In this document: positions 38,201 through 51,768 of the stretch, piece after piece
How positions within the stretch are numbered: position 1 is the first letter of the stretch
Layout of the letters: each line of letters opens with the position of its first letter
Assembly (NCBI RefSeq): GCF_000485595.1
Contig: NW_014577078.1
Span: 847,115-911,114, forward strand
Direction of reading: 5' to 3'
From: Priapulus caudatus
Lineage: Eukaryota
Length of the DNA stretch: 64,000 nucleotides
Notes under the pieces: generated by a model
The model's database searches: none
Seen by the model: only the letters and a program-made list of their open reading frames with translations
Told to the model about the DNA's origin: nothing
Position numbers and translations under genes: made by a program

Positions 38201-39110
38201 CATTCACGGATCGAATGCTTCGATTCACGGATCGAATGATTCGATTCACGAATCGAATGATTCGATTCACGGATCGAATGATTCGATTCACGGATCGAAT
38301 GATTCGATTCACGGATCGAATGATTCGATTCACGGATCGAATGATTCAATTCACGGATCGAAATAGAGGAAGAGGGACGAGGTATATGAGGAGGGGAGAA
38401 GGTGGTACAGGAGGAAAGAGAGAAGGTAGAGGACGAGAGAGAAGGTAGTGAGGGGAGGAGGAGGGGANNNNNNNNNNNNNNNNNNNNNNNNNNNNNNNNN
38501 NNNNNNNNNNNNNNNNNNNNNNNNNNNNNNNNNNNNNNNNNNNNNNNNNNNNNNNNNNNNNNNNNNNNNNNNNNNNNNNNNNNNNNNNNNNNNNNNNNNN
38601 NNNNNNNNNNNNNNNNNNNNNNNNNNNNNNNNNNNNNNNNNNNNNNNNNNNNNNNNNNNNNNNNNNNNNNNNNNNNNNNNNNNNNNNNNNNNNNNNNNNN
38701 NNNNNNNNNNNNNNNNNNNNNNNNNNNNNNNNNNNNNNNNNNNNNNNNNNNNNNNNNNNNNNNNNNNNNNNNNNNNNNNNNNNNNNNNNNNNNNNNNNNN
38801 NNNNNNNNNNNNNNNNNNNNNNNNNNNNNNNNNNNNNNNNNNNNNNNNNNNNNNNNNNNNNNNNNNNNNNNNNNNNNNNNNNNNNNNNNNNNNNNNNNNN
38901 NNNNNNNNNNNNNNNNNNNNNNNNNNNNNNNNNNNNNNNNNNNNNNTCGATTCACGAATCGAATGCTTTGATTCACGGATCGAATGATTCGATTCACGGA
39001 TCGAATGATTCGATTCACGGATCGAATGATTCGATTCACGGATCGAATGATTCGATTCCCGGATCGAAGTATTCGATTCACGGAATCGAATCATTCGATC
39101 CGTGGATCGA
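38201..39110 (+). repeat. 21-bp tandem minisatellite CGATTCACGGATCGAATGATT (also 41195-41340)
   Basis: Direct tandem units on both sides of the N gap. Confidence 0.9.
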
Positions 39111-39700
39111 AATAGAGGAAGAGGGACGAGGTATATGAGGAGGGGAGAAGGTGGTACAGGAGGAGAGGGAGAAGGTAGAGGATGGTGGGAGAAGACGGAG
39201 GAGGTAGAGGAGGGGGAGAAAGTGGTGGAGAAGGAGGGGGAGGAGGTAGAGGAGGAGGACGAGGAGTGGGGAGATAGGGGAGAGAGGAGGTAGAGGAGGT
39301 AGAGGAGGGGGAGAAGGTAGAAGAAGGAGGATGTAGAGGATGGCGGGAGAAGGTGGAGGAGGTAGAGGAGAGTGAGAGAATGTGGAGGAAGTAGAGGAGG
39401 GGGAGAAGCTGGTGGAGAAGAAGGGGGAGGAGGTGGTGGGGAAAGAGAAGGGGGAGGAGGTAGAGGAGGGGGAGGAAGGGGAGAAGGTGGTGAGTGAGGG
39501 AGGGAGGGAGGGGGTCGAGGTGGTAAGTGAGTGAGTGAGAGAGGGAGGGACCGAGGTGGTGAGTGAGTGAGAGGGAGGGAGAGAGGTCGGGGGTCGAGGT
39601 GGTAAGTGAGTGAGTGAGAGAGGGAGGGACCGAGGTGGTGAGTGAGAGGGAGGGAGAGAGGTCGGGGGTCGAGGTGGTAAGTGAGGGAGAGAGGGAGGGA
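39111..39700 (+). repeat. purine-rich low-complexity GA tract
   Basis: GGAGGAGGTAGA and GAGTGAGGGAGG degenerate repeats. Confidence 0.85.
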
Positions 39701-42408
39701 GCGATCGAGGCGTCTTGTGCTCACCGGCCGGCCCGCAGAATGCACTTGTTGTAAGCGGGGAAATCCCACACGCCAGGGAAGTGATCGCGATGCGGGAACG
39801 CAACCGGTGTCAGAGGGAATGTACAAAACAGAGAAGGGAAGGTCAAGGTCAGCGGTCGGGCCGCGAAATTTTTTTTCCCAAACGGTATAACATAGCGAAG
39901 AATTTAGCGCCTTCTGATTGGCTGCTTCGATTTGCTTAGACTAAAGAAAACCTTCAAAACGAGAGAACAAACGCTATTTGTAAATGTTTGTTTTGGTTTA
40001 TGACCGCTAGATAAGTAAGTTTTCTGATGTATTTTCCATGAAAAACACATATTTTACTCATTAATATAACATATAATATCACTATAACTGCAATTCTTTG
40101 TGCAAATGTGTTATTTTCATCTCAATCTTAAGTTATGAGAGGATCGGGGCTCTCGTAATACTACATAGTTTACGTACGTATACACTCACACGTACAATAG
40201 CCCCCGTCGCTTCGTCGCAGGAGGAAGGAGCGAAGGGCTATAGTACTAGTACGTATAGAGCTATACGTACTCGTACTCGTTGATGCTAGACTGAACAAAA
40301 AGTTTTCTGATGTATCAGTATTTTCCATGAAAAACTTAAAACACACATTTTACTCATTAATATAAAATATAATATATGATAATATCACTATAATTGCAAT
40401 TTTTTGTGTACATGTATTTTCAAATGTAGACAATTACTAACAGTAACACATGTGTCATTTAATAACAAATGTTTGTTTACTTTTTGCTCAGTCTAGCTAG
40501 CGTCAACGAGTACGAGTACGTATAGCTCTAGTACTATAGCCCTTCGCTCCTTCCTCCTGCGACAGAGCGAAGTGCTATGCTATAGTATGAGTACGTATAC
40601 GTACGTATGTAGTATTACGAGATCAAGCCCTGTAACTGTAACTGTAACTGTAACTGTAGACAACGAAATGAAGATGTATGCGTCACCAACAGAATCTGTC
40701 TCTTCGAAGCTTTATTACGTCGATCACCTTGAACGTGTACGAAACACCGACGATGACGATGACGATTACGATTGCGTATACACTGCATATCCTGATGCCT
40801 GTTAATACTGCCGTATACGCAGAACGATACGCTAATCGTATTATCATTTCCTAACTAAACCAAACTCGGCAGCTATAAGCCCAGACCCTCTCATAACTTA
40901 AGATTGAGATAAAAATAACACATTTGCACAAATAATTGCAATTATAGTAATATTATATGTTATATAAAATGAGTAAAATATGTTTTTTATGGAAAATACA
41001 TCAGAAAACTTACTTATCTAGCGGTCATAAACCAAAACAAACATTTACAAATAGCGTTTGTTCTCTTGTTTGGAAGGTTTTCTTCAGTCAAAGCAAATCG
41101 AAGCAGCCAATTAGGCGGCGCTAAATTCTTCCTATGTTGTACCGTTTGGGGAAAAAAAATTCGCGAGCCGGCCAGCCGGAAAGCACGTATTTCCGTGAAT
41201 CGAATCATTCGATTCACGGATCGAATCATTCGATTCTCGGATCGAATAATTCGATTCACGGATCGAATGATTCGATTCGCGGATCGAATGATTCGATTCC
41301 AAAACCGAATGGTTTGATGCCAGGATCGAATGGTTTGATTCTCTTTTCTGATATAAAATCAAATAATGTGAACATTTAAAACAGGGAATTATTGTCGATT
41401 TATTGCATATAACATATGATTAAATAATCAAATATTATATGCGATAAATCAAATGTTATATGTGATAAATCGAATGTTATATATGTGATAAATCGAATGT
41501 TATATGTGATAAACTGATAAATCAACCATAAAACAAAAATCGAATTATGAAACAAAAAACATGCCATACATTGGTGCCAAACCGGGAATGTGATGGGAAC
41601 ATTGTCAGTTGTATTGGAGTCACATCACATTTTGTATGTATTTCACTAAATGTATTGCACTCTATCCTCCCCCTTCTGAGAACATTCATAAACTAGCGGA
41701 TATTTCTAGATGGGTTTATACTATATAATGCATTCAAATAGTGTACTGATGTAATTTGCACATGCTATTGACTACCTTGAAACAATACATCAGACGTCTT
41801 GTCTTGATTTATTAATTACTAAAATTTGTAAATAATAAGAGTACTTTACATAATATAGTGAATAACTCAGAAAATGTGCTGCTTACTTTGTTCTAGCATG
41901 TCACTGAATTGTATTGTAGTTTGTACCCGATTTCTCTACTAAAAAGGCAGCAGCAGGAAAGAAATTACCAATAGTCTATTAATCCCAGACTATTGAATTT
42001 ACTTACTGAGTTCAAAACGAGTGAGTTAGGTTGCACCAACAGCTAGTTTAGTGTGATCTATTGCTTATCTCAGTTTTGCACTATTGGTTCATGACTGGCA
42101 CGGATGAATAACCAGTGATTATAATTTGAGCTATTTATTTCTTGTTATTTTTATGTCACTGAAAATCTTATTTAACCTAAACTCAGTGTAGGCCATAACA
42201 GTTGTCTGAGAAAACCCAGGTTAACATTCCTTGTCAGGCATGTTGATCAATAACGTATCAACATTGAAGCAATAACATATATATATAAAAGCCTCTTCCT
42301 GGTTTAACAGAAAATTTCGCAGGATCACATTGATCGAATGCCGTGCAGAATCGCATTTAACTAGCCTGATAGTTTTCCATGGATAGTTTGTCATATTAAT
42401 TATGATAT

Positions 42409-42466
42409 CAGGGGTTAATAGTGACAAATTGTATTGACAAATGAGTAATGTCATTATTAACCCCTG
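42409..42466. mobile_element. mini P-like element / excision scar
   Basis: 18-bp arms CAGGGGTTAATA(G/A)TGACA; filler repeats TGACAAAT; TSD degraded. Confidence 0.6.
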
Positions 42467-44305
42467 TGTTATTATTATGTGTGATGATAGTTCCGTTGGT
42501 GTGGATGATCACTATAAAACGCGGAAGTCATTTTCATATATATACCAGGAAATTCATATCATGTGTATAGATCTGTGTGCATTTAAGTTTAAAATTTACG
42601 TCCTGGAAACGTAGGCGGCAATGATGTTTAATTAGTGGCATGTCGTGGCTGGCAATCGATGAAAGTTGTATGAAGGTTCCCCTGGCCCATACCATTAATG
42701 CTGTTTTTACTGAACATTGCGTTAAAAGTTGAAGAAGTGTCTAAATTGATGAATGCATTGTCAAGTCATGCCAAGTAAAAGTGGCATGTGTAAATGTATA
42801 ACTTATATCGTGTATTTTGTCTAGAACTCGTATTCCGATTTAAATTACTACACATGTAACATTGTAAAAACCATGTTCACAATACAACCAAACTATACTT
42901 TTGCTAGAATAATAACTGGCTGATTAAACTAGTTGCTGTCAAAATGAATTATTTATTTACATTTTCCAGTTCCATTTGAAACAGTTCAAACTGGAAAAAC
43001 TGCTTGGAGGTGTAATATTGCTGCATACGCTAGTACTGTCACTAGCATAATTCTAATCTGCAGAGCCCTTAGAAGCAGCCATGGTTGGGTTAATGTTATT
43101 TTTTTGGAGTGTCTCATACTCTATTAGACATGCTGTCATATACTTCATAATGCAGAATCATTGTAACTGTGCTGCTATGTAAGGTATTGCCTATACGTTT
43201 TTTTATTAGTGCAGACTGCAGACTGGTCCATAGACGTTTGACCGACCCTGCCTATAATGTGGACCATTTCGCATCAAATTGGCTGAAAGAATAATGTGTT
43301 TTGAACTGTTATCTGTGACCACGCTTGTGGAATCTTATGAAGTAACATTTGCTAAAAGCCTTAGAGAATCTATGGAAAAGTATCTCTTATACTGACAACT
43401 TACTGCTGTAGATTCAAACTTTCTTTACGAGATATTGAAGGATTGAACCAACTTTAATTTACTTCATATGCTGATGTTACTTTAGATTTAAATTGACAAT
43501 ACTGTGGCAAAAACCTTTGTAGTCGTTTACAAAGGCTAAAAATTTTGGAATTCATTAATCTGAGACCCTAACATTTTGCAGCTGAATCCCAGCATACGAT
43601 TGTGATTCCATGTTTTGAGGTGCCTGCTTAATCCAGGATTCAATTAAGTTTTCCACAAGATTAGCAGTAGCTGGGATAAAATAGACTGGCTTGAGCCTAT
43701 TTTAGGAGCCCTATAGGACGTACATGCGTCGTCATCAACATCGTCATTTTCACACAGCATCACCTCAACCCTAGCCCTTCCCCTAACGTTAACCTAACCC
43801 TCACATAAACTCTAATATAATTCTATTCATAACCCAATGATGTATGTTAGTTATGTTTAGGGTCAAAATTAGGCTTTATCTGCTTAGGGCGATCAACAAG
43901 GCGATATATTACTTTTCTTGTGCGTGTCTTGTACTTGTCTTTTGTCTTTGTCTTTTGTCTTTTGTCTTTTGTCTTGTACTTTGTCTTGTATTGTGAGAAA
44001 TCTTGTACATGCCCGGCCAGTCACCCATTTGTGTACTGTGGGGTCAACTCGTATCTCCAACAGGTGGTTGTAACTGCATTCTTATCAGGGGACCAATGTC
44101 AACGATGATTGGAGCGAAGATTAGTGCGATAACTAGCCTTCTCTCCTAAACCGGTATCAGAAGCACTTGCATGTTTTGTCCTGTAGACTGAGTTAAGCCC
44201 AACTATGTGATCATTCTGACAACAGGCCGCTAGGTTTGTAACTGGTCTAAAAGGAACGTTAATCTAAATAAGTAAAAACGAATAATCCTAACCTAGTGGC
44301 AATAA

Positions 44306-45518
44306 TCTATAAAACTTAACTGCTAACAAAATTCTGAAAGAGAGTCAAGTTAAATTGTCTCTGTATCAACATGCACACCAAGTGACAAAGTTTTCTCTCC
44401 AGTTTACTATTCTTTTTGTATTAGTTATTGGTCAATATGCTGTGCTTATTTTCGATCACAATATTAATGTAACGTAATATTTGGGAAACAGTCAAATGAC
44501 TACTGTCAAAGGCCTGTAAACTTGGCCAAGGTAATTAGGGTGACAAATTATCTGGGTTGTGTGCGCAATTAGCTAGCTCACTGGCGCGAAGCTTCACCTG
44601 TATTAGTAATGACCAATTATCCTCTTATCTTTTCATAGCTCAGGTGTGGAAGTATTTTTTTGATCAACAATTACGATCGCCATGGGCTATCCTGCGTGCC
44701 CCTGCTTAGTCTAAACAAAGTAGTGACTTGCACGAGCTCAGAAAACGGAGGGGGGAGAGAGGGAGGGAGGGAAAAAGCTGGAGAGGTGAGCGGGATGATA
44801 GAGAAGGAGAGGTTCGATTAAATTCATTCATATTTCCCATTCGGTTGTTTATGTAAAATAATGATAACCCCTCGTCCAAAGACATATTCTGAGAGCCATC
44901 TTTACTTGCTCACTGCTCACGATGGTTGTTGCAAGTCTAGACGGGGGTGGGGGGGACAAGCTAGATGCTACAATGTAACGTTGCCGAGCCTTGATTACCT
45001 TGTATTGTAAAAAGGCGAGACGAGGCTTGCAAAGCCAGAGAGGCATATTCATAATAACTTGGCGCAATTTCATAACAATGTTGTATATATCCAGAAGCTT
45101 TGACTACACAGAATCATAGAATCGTTCGAACTGTTTTTGTCAGATTATTTCTTATTGTTTGTTTCTCTGCTACGAATCTATCCTTAGTAAAAAAAGTTAT
45201 TAAAAGGTAAACCGAGCCACCCGCTACCCTAGATTGAGAATATTATATTAAACCTCGCGTGTATACCATGCTGGTAGGAGGGTAATTACTGTCTTCTATC
45301 CATCCCGGAATCTCTACCCGTAGATTGAGTCCGTGTGGCTGGATAGTGTATTAGATTGTGAATCCAGTACGCTTCTCTTTCCATTCTGATGGGGATCGTA
45401 TGCGTGAAGGGGGGTGGGGTGAAAATAGTTTAGAATTAAGTAAGTATATGCGGCTGAAATTTCTCTTAAAAGTTGTTCCTAAGTGTTTTTCCCCGAGCAA
45501 CGCCGGTTACCAGGCTAG
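44306..45518 (+). mobile_element. non-autonomous Helitron
   Basis: A|TCTATA start and CCCCGAGCAACGCCGG hairpin + CTAG|T end; the 5' limit is less certain. Confidence 0.5.
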
Positions 45519-46440
45519 TGTCTTGTAACATTCTTTATTCATTATACAGCAATATATGGACCGATTGCAATCCATGATCGTTTCTGAATGTGTCCATGTA
45601 TAGATGACAGATGGCAGCACTTGATGTTAACCAGTCACTTGCGCGTCATGTGGCGTGCGTGCGTGCCCACAGACGTGGTCATGTCAGCATAGAAATCAGG
45701 GATAAGAAATACATTTTTGATCGAATATTAGATATGATTTTGAAGTTTTAAATGAGTGTATTGGCAGCTTACCAATGGTTCAATTTCTATCGATAAAAGG
45801 AATTGTGCTCCAGAAATCAGAAGATATGTTCAAAACGGAGGAGTATTTCCTCTTTCTCTTAGTGATACACCGTACACATAATGAATAGGCTAGTATTCGA
45901 ATTTAGAAACGGATTGAATAATACAGTACGAGTGCCATATATTTATGCAGTGCCAGTTGAGTGTTGATACACAGACATAGTTATGCATGCGTGTGTATTT
46001 AGTCGTGTATTTTGTGTACCTAGGTATGTTTTACAGAGGAAACTAGTTTTTTACTACACGCACATCAAATAACATGGATCAAAGTCACCAAATATTCAAA
46101 TTCAGTGTAATAAACGGACATGAATGCCATGAAAATAACTATTCCACAAATTTTAATTAACTTACTTACAAGTGGAGTTTAGAAGGTGTAATTGTGATAA
46201 GTATGTATCTGATATTGGTCTAATACTCTAATTGGTCTAAAGATGCGACATAAAAAATGACTTTGTAGTTGACGCTTGAACTTGGTGGCAGCAACATTTC
46301 TAGGTCATAAGGATTTTCAAAATCAGTAGTTTAGCCCGCTGAGGTGAGGGTGTAGCTAATACTGAATGGCCTTACCAAGCTTCTCATGTTGTCAGCTAGT
46401 GGTTGTTGTCTTTTATAGCTCTGCTTATTTGATCTTTTAG

Positions 46441-46536
46441 GGGTGTTGAGGTCGGGGACAGTGCCAACGTGCCAATCTGAGCCCCATGACATCAGATCGG
46501 GGGACGTCAGGAGTGGAGCTACAGCTCAACTCTCCG
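46441..46536 (+). CDS. candidate exon of an unidentified gene
   Basis: TCTTTTAG acceptor, G|GTGAGT donor, 96 nt; open as a phase 1-1 exon, or as ATG-initiated MTSDRGTSGVELQLNSP (phase 0); no recognisable domain. Confidence 0.45.
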
Positions 46537-47463
46537 GTGAGTATATAGACTCTTATATTGCGCATATCCATTTCCAGCCACACCTCCACTCTGTGGCCCC
46601 ACCCCACCCTGTGTACAGCTGTCTCTAGCCTCCTGCCCCTCGCGATGTAGGTACTGATGCTAGCCCCTCCTCATGTGGGTCCATCTCCAGTCCCCATCCT
46701 CTGCTCCTAGATACTCATCATAATGTTGTACGACACTGCCCCAGTATTCGTGTGTGATTGTACTTCTCATATATAACTGAATATTATAATGTTTTTTGTG
46801 CAACAAATGATATTCAATTGATATTCTTACACACATACTTAAAATTTTGTAGCTATGTAATAGCCGTATAATGATGCATAATTAATTACATTACTGATTG
46901 GTTACGGATGTAGCCTGTAGCCATGCATCTATACAAATGTTGAATGCTGCTGTCCCTGATATGGCAATTAAGATCACTAAAATGGGAATTCATTATTACA
47001 GATTATAGGCCATCGTTTTTCTAAAGAAAGTCTAGGGACCAGCATCAATAACTCAGATTAACTATACACATGTCTATGTCAGGTGCAATAATGTAATCCA
47101 ACACAATAGTACAAAAACAGAAAGGTATGAACTTTGTGGTAGGAAATATTTCGTTATGTGTACCGTTCTTGAAAATGGCACTGCTTTCCAGGGATGCCTT
47201 AAAATGTACTAATTCTTGTTCATGGTACTGTACACATTTCTTCTCAAGTTGTGGATGCAAGTAACACTGATATGAACTTAATTATGCCTGGCCAGTGGTC
47301 ATGACCTTGGTGCACACATCTTGAGTGAAAGTGAAATACCTTGACATGTGGTAGAACAGCAATCTATATATTAACTAGACAGAGGGCACTCACGGAGAGT
47401 GCATACCTCCGCGAGCATCTAACATGTATGTGCTCGCTGGTGGCGGCTGCTGACTGACTCGCC

Positions 47464-47464
<1 letters not shown>

Positions 47465-47503
<39 letters not shown>

Positions 47504-47541
47504 TCCGTGTGTGCCCATGTGCGTGTATGTGTGTGTGTACG

Positions 47542-47588
<47 letters not shown>

Positions 47589-47600
47589 TGCGTGCGTGCG
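47465..47600 (+). repeat. (GTGC)n microsatellite after a HINE end (47373-47464)
   Basis: Tandem GCGT units; the preceding 90 bp repeat 49851-49942. Confidence 0.85.
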
Positions 47601-49522
47601 ATTTCTTCGTTTTCTAAATAGGGGTGATATCATGGTACACTAACTCATATATATATGTTTGCTAAGTCTGCAATTTTTGTTAGATAATCAAGGGATTGAT
47701 GGTTCATTCTTGGAATGTTTGGTTCAACTATAGTGCACAGCAATTTCAAACCGGACATTTAATAAGTCGTGGCAAGAATACTATCTGAAGTACACGAATA
47801 GAGAAAATAAATAATAGAGGGAATGAATCTCTCTATTCATCTACTCCGGTTACTGTACGACTGAATAATTAATATTGTGTACCGGATTGGCATCTTGGGT
47901 CTAGGATTTGCTGATGCTGCATACTATATATAGTCACTAAGTTTCACCTGACTTGTAAGTTTTACCCTTGTGTGAAGTTGTGTCTGATAATCTTGCACGT
48001 TTATCAGATATTTTTGACGAGGCATTATTCTGCCTTCGAATTAAACTGTGTGAAGGCCTTGTTTATTTGACCAAAAAATAGGAAAGATGTCATCAAGCAA
48101 AATATTGTTGACACCTAATGCTCGTGATGCATCTCTAAGCCTTCCAACATTTGCAACTACAACACATGTGAGTAAATAAAGTTGAAAAAAGTGGAGAGCG
48201 TACATACAGGTTTGGTTTGCGTACGTCAAGCATGCAGTCAACATAATTTTACAGGGTTAGGGCTATACACTAGTATTAGTAATACTACTGTGGGCTATCG
48301 ATGTAATTATTAGGACGAAATCAGTCACATGAGCCTGAGATTGCCTGTTTAACTAAATACAAGTCCCTGTATGACTTTCGTTAGGTGTGGTGCTCTATCA
48401 GTCGTCGACGCATTGGAACGAGATCAAGCGAAACACAGCTTCCTGCGTAATGCATCCCGCATCTTGTGCGTTTACACAGCCACTCGTTATCGGTTTATTT
48501 TTGGTAGCGCTATTGTAAGAGATATGCTGGAAGAGGCTGGCAGTCAGGGAGGAGGGGCAGAGAGGCAGGCAGGCATAGGCACGTGGTTCCCATGAGCTGT
48601 AGGATGAGCGTCAAGGACTCGCATGGGCGCTGCCATGTTGCGGCACCGGCCCGACACTAACAGATGCACGTATGTCGATCGTCTCTGTTTGCTCACTTGT
48701 CTTTAAAACCGGACTTATTAACTGGTGCGTTTGTTGTTGACCTGATCGCGGGTGGCGTGCGTTTGACGTCGAGTTCGAGAGGTGTGCTCATTCACGATGT
48801 CTACTTATTGAACGAACAATTTCAATGAGATTTCAGTGTTGTGATTATGGGAAGCAAGTGCATGGAAAATTTTGTTGTGCAGGTCAATTCACTCGGTGAA
48901 TAAAGACTCGGGTTTGTATTACAACGAGATTGGCTTCACCCCTCAAAAACCAACCCAACTGTAAATGGCTGTATAGTTATGGTGAAAAAGGACGAAGCAT
49001 TTATTACATCCATTCATACGCTTGTGTGTGTGTTCTACTTCTAAGTGATGAGCGCGTGACCAGTACGTACTAAAGGTCAGTGCAAAATAGTATGCGGATC
49101 TATACCTGATCGTAGTGTCCAAGAAGTGTGATACAGAGCATATATAATTCGTAAGGCTTGCAGACGGACCTGGTAGTACACCAACTAAAGATGTACATGG
49201 TGTACGTAGTCTAATTTTAGAACAGCTGCAGCGTCTTATCTCGCACTTCTGTACACGTTAAAACGCTCTCTGGAATTTACTCAGCCTGTATAAAAAGTGT
49301 CGAGCATCTTTAGCAAATTAGGAATTGGATATTTACTTGTTGCACGTGTAGACCTCCACGTGCGCTTGACATTGCGTGACCGTCAGTGAAGTGGATTAGT
49401 TTCGTGTCACGGCAGATTCAAGTGCTTTGTAAGCCTTTTATGGTGACAAATTCACCGACGTCGCGTGTTGGCGTGACTGCAACTGTCGAGCACTTCGCTC
49501 CGTCGCGTGACAAGCCATCAGG

Positions 49523-49624
49523 ATGGGAAACACCGTGGTAGGAACGGTTCCTGTGTTCTGCAAGACGGTGTTCTGTACGCCAGTGTACCCCGTGCATGGA
49601 TCGTTAGTACCGTACAGCTGCCGG
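49523..49624 (+). CDS. candidate first coding exon MGNTVVGTVPVFCKTVFCTPVYPVHGSLVPYSCR
   Basis: AGGATGG Kozak-like start, 34 codons, CGG|GTGAGT phase-0 donor, CpG-rich context. Confidence 0.35.
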
Positions 49625-49850
49625 GTGAGTGTCAATACCGACTTGTGCGCGAGCGTGCATGCTCGGTGAGTGTTACACACCTGACAGGTATGGCGATAGC
49701 GTCATACATTTCAGATTGACGGTCGCATGTTCTCTGAATCGGGTGGTTTGGGATCTGTGAAGTGTGCCCGCGTGATGACGAGCGGTCTTATGGGATGTCA
49801 TTGTGGTGTGAGATTACATAATAAGAGTTACATAAGAATAACATTTTAAT

Positions 49851-50250
49851 ACTAGACAGAGGGCACTCACGGAGAGTGCATACCTCCGCGAGCATGTAAC
49901 ATGTATGTGCTCGCTGGTGGCGGCTGCTGACTGACTCGCCTGCTGCTGCCTCGCCGCTCACTGGTGGCTGCTGCTGACTCGCCACTCGCTGACTCGACGC
50001 GCTATCGATCGCCCCGCCCGCTCGCTGACTCTAGTTTCAGTTTTAGTTGCAGTTTCTAGTAGTTCTAGCTTGTAGTAGTAGAATCGCTGAAATATTGATT
50101 GTTGCGCGCAAGCGAGCGAGCTGCTGCTGACTCGACGCCCTAAGGCGAGCTGGTGCTGAATCGATAGCTGCTGGCTACACACACACACACGAACACATCA
50201 CACGAGAGGGATCACATTACCTCCCTGCAACTCCGTTGCGCGGAGGTAAA
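49851..50250 (-). mobile_element. Helentron/HINE element
   Basis: GCACTC-ACGGA-GAGTGC hairpin + TACCTCCGC sub-TIR at one end, TACCTCC..GCGGAGGTAA at the other. Confidence 0.6.
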
Positions 50251-50281
50251 GAGTACATAATCTTGTGGACGTTGGTTAAAA

Positions 50282-50339
50282 AGAGAGAGACAGAGAGAGA
50301 GAGAGACAGAGAGACAGAGAGACAGAGAGACAGAGAGAC

Positions 50340-50403
<64 letters not shown>

Positions 50404-50620
50404 GCAGGCAGGCAGGGTCAGGCAGGCAGGCAGTCAGGCAGGCAGGCAGGCATTAGCAGGCAGTCACGTCAGTCCAGTCAGTCCAGCTCAGTCAAGTCCA
50501 GTACGCAGTCCAGCAGTCAGTCAGTCCAGATCAGTCAGTCAGTCAGTCAGTCAGTTCAGTCATGTCAGTCAGTTCAGTTCAGTCAGTCAGTCAGTCAGCT
50601 TCCAGTCAGTCAGATCAGAC
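50282..50620 (+). repeat. (GA)n, (GGCA)n and (CAGT)n microsatellites
   Basis: Direct inspection. Confidence 0.9.
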
Positions 50621-50677
50621 AGCACAAATAGAAAGCGGACATGGAGATGAAGAGAGAATATTACAAGAACCAACAGT

Positions 50678-51293
50678 AAGCTAGAGCACTCGGAGAGCCA
50701 CAGGACCTCAACGCCAAGGCAAGCTGAATTCTCTTATGTGAAATTTTTTTATTTATTTAATTAATTAAGTGGAAAAATTTAATTAATTAATTAAATTAAT
50801 TAATTGCGATCCGGTATCACGCACCAAAAGTAATCAATTTTAAGTTAGCCCCATTTCCTGAAGCTATCCTGGAAATTTTATCTATTAATTAATTAGTTTT
50901 AATTAATTAATTGGGATCCCGGATCCACAAACCAAAAAATTAATCATTCTAAGTTACCCAATTTCCTGACCGTTATCCTGAAAATTTTATTAATTGAATG
51001 AATGAATGTAATTAATTAATCGGATCTGGATTCGCCACAAAATCTCATCATTTTCTGGACGCATATCTTGAAAAATTTTATGAGCAATCCGTCCATAACT
51101 TTTCAGTTAGCGCTTAACCTGTATGAATACAGGCGGTTCCCGGCGGCTGGCAGGGGGGGGGTGGGCGGGGCCAATCTAGCCAATCAGCGAGCGTACACGA
51201 CGCCCACAAAACCACAAACCCCACAAACCAACACTCAAACAGCGAACACGCTCGGTGAAACATAACCTCTGCCAAGCCCCTGGCAGGAGGTAA
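50678..51293 (-). mobile_element. Helentron/HINE element
   Basis: AGAGCACTCGGAGAG hairpin end and AAACATAACCTCTGCC...GGCAGGAGGTAAT end. Confidence 0.5.
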
Positions 51294-51768
51294 TGAAGAT
51301 TGTAAGTTTTACTGCATATATATATCAAGAGTCCATAATAGAGAAGAGTAATGACACTAGTTTTAAACAGCGTGTTTGCGTAGTTTTTTTCAACTTGAAT
51401 TTTATTCTATCAATATGTGAAATAAATATATTCAAACTTTACCTTACACGCTTGAGTTTTGTATCTCTGATTCTCCCTTAGATCATAAATGACCCACCAA
51501 CCACCAGGAGTATTACCTGAAAATTCGTGTGTTGATTCTTTCAAAAAAAGTTTTTTGAATACGACACGGTTTCGTCACTATAAATTATATTCTCTCACAA
51601 TTTGCATGACATGAAGCAAAGTTTCTGACAGGGCAGCTATATATATATGAGATAAGTCTATCTGTGTGCACGTATCTAAAAACAACATATTAATGTTGTT
51701 GTTGTTATTGTGCCAAAAAACAGATACCAAACTTATTTTTAGAGATTTATTATTATTATTTTATTATT

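Larger units (their letters stand above)
38138..41568. mobile_element. IS3EU-like non-autonomous DNA transposon (3.4 kb)
   Basis: TATGGCATG...CATGCCATA termini with about 60-bp TIR, 6-bp TSD CATTGG, subterminal 21-bp arrays, inner inverted arms 39860-40140 and 40890-41170. Confidence 0.75.

Noticed and set aside
38351..39826. 491-aa and 241-aa Pro/Ser-rich ORFs
   Set aside because: They run through N gaps and GA low-complexity sequence.
38201..41340. Regular 21-bp repeats as a CRISPR array or repeat protein (RSVNRII ORFs)
   Set aside because: Units are head-to-tail with no spacers, there are no cas genes, the context is eukaryotic, and the ORFs are by-products of a 21-nt period inside a TIR element.
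43990..44280. SINE ending in ACGTTAATCTAAATAAGTAAA
   Set aside because: The tail is suggestive, but no A/B boxes, TSD or second copy were seen.
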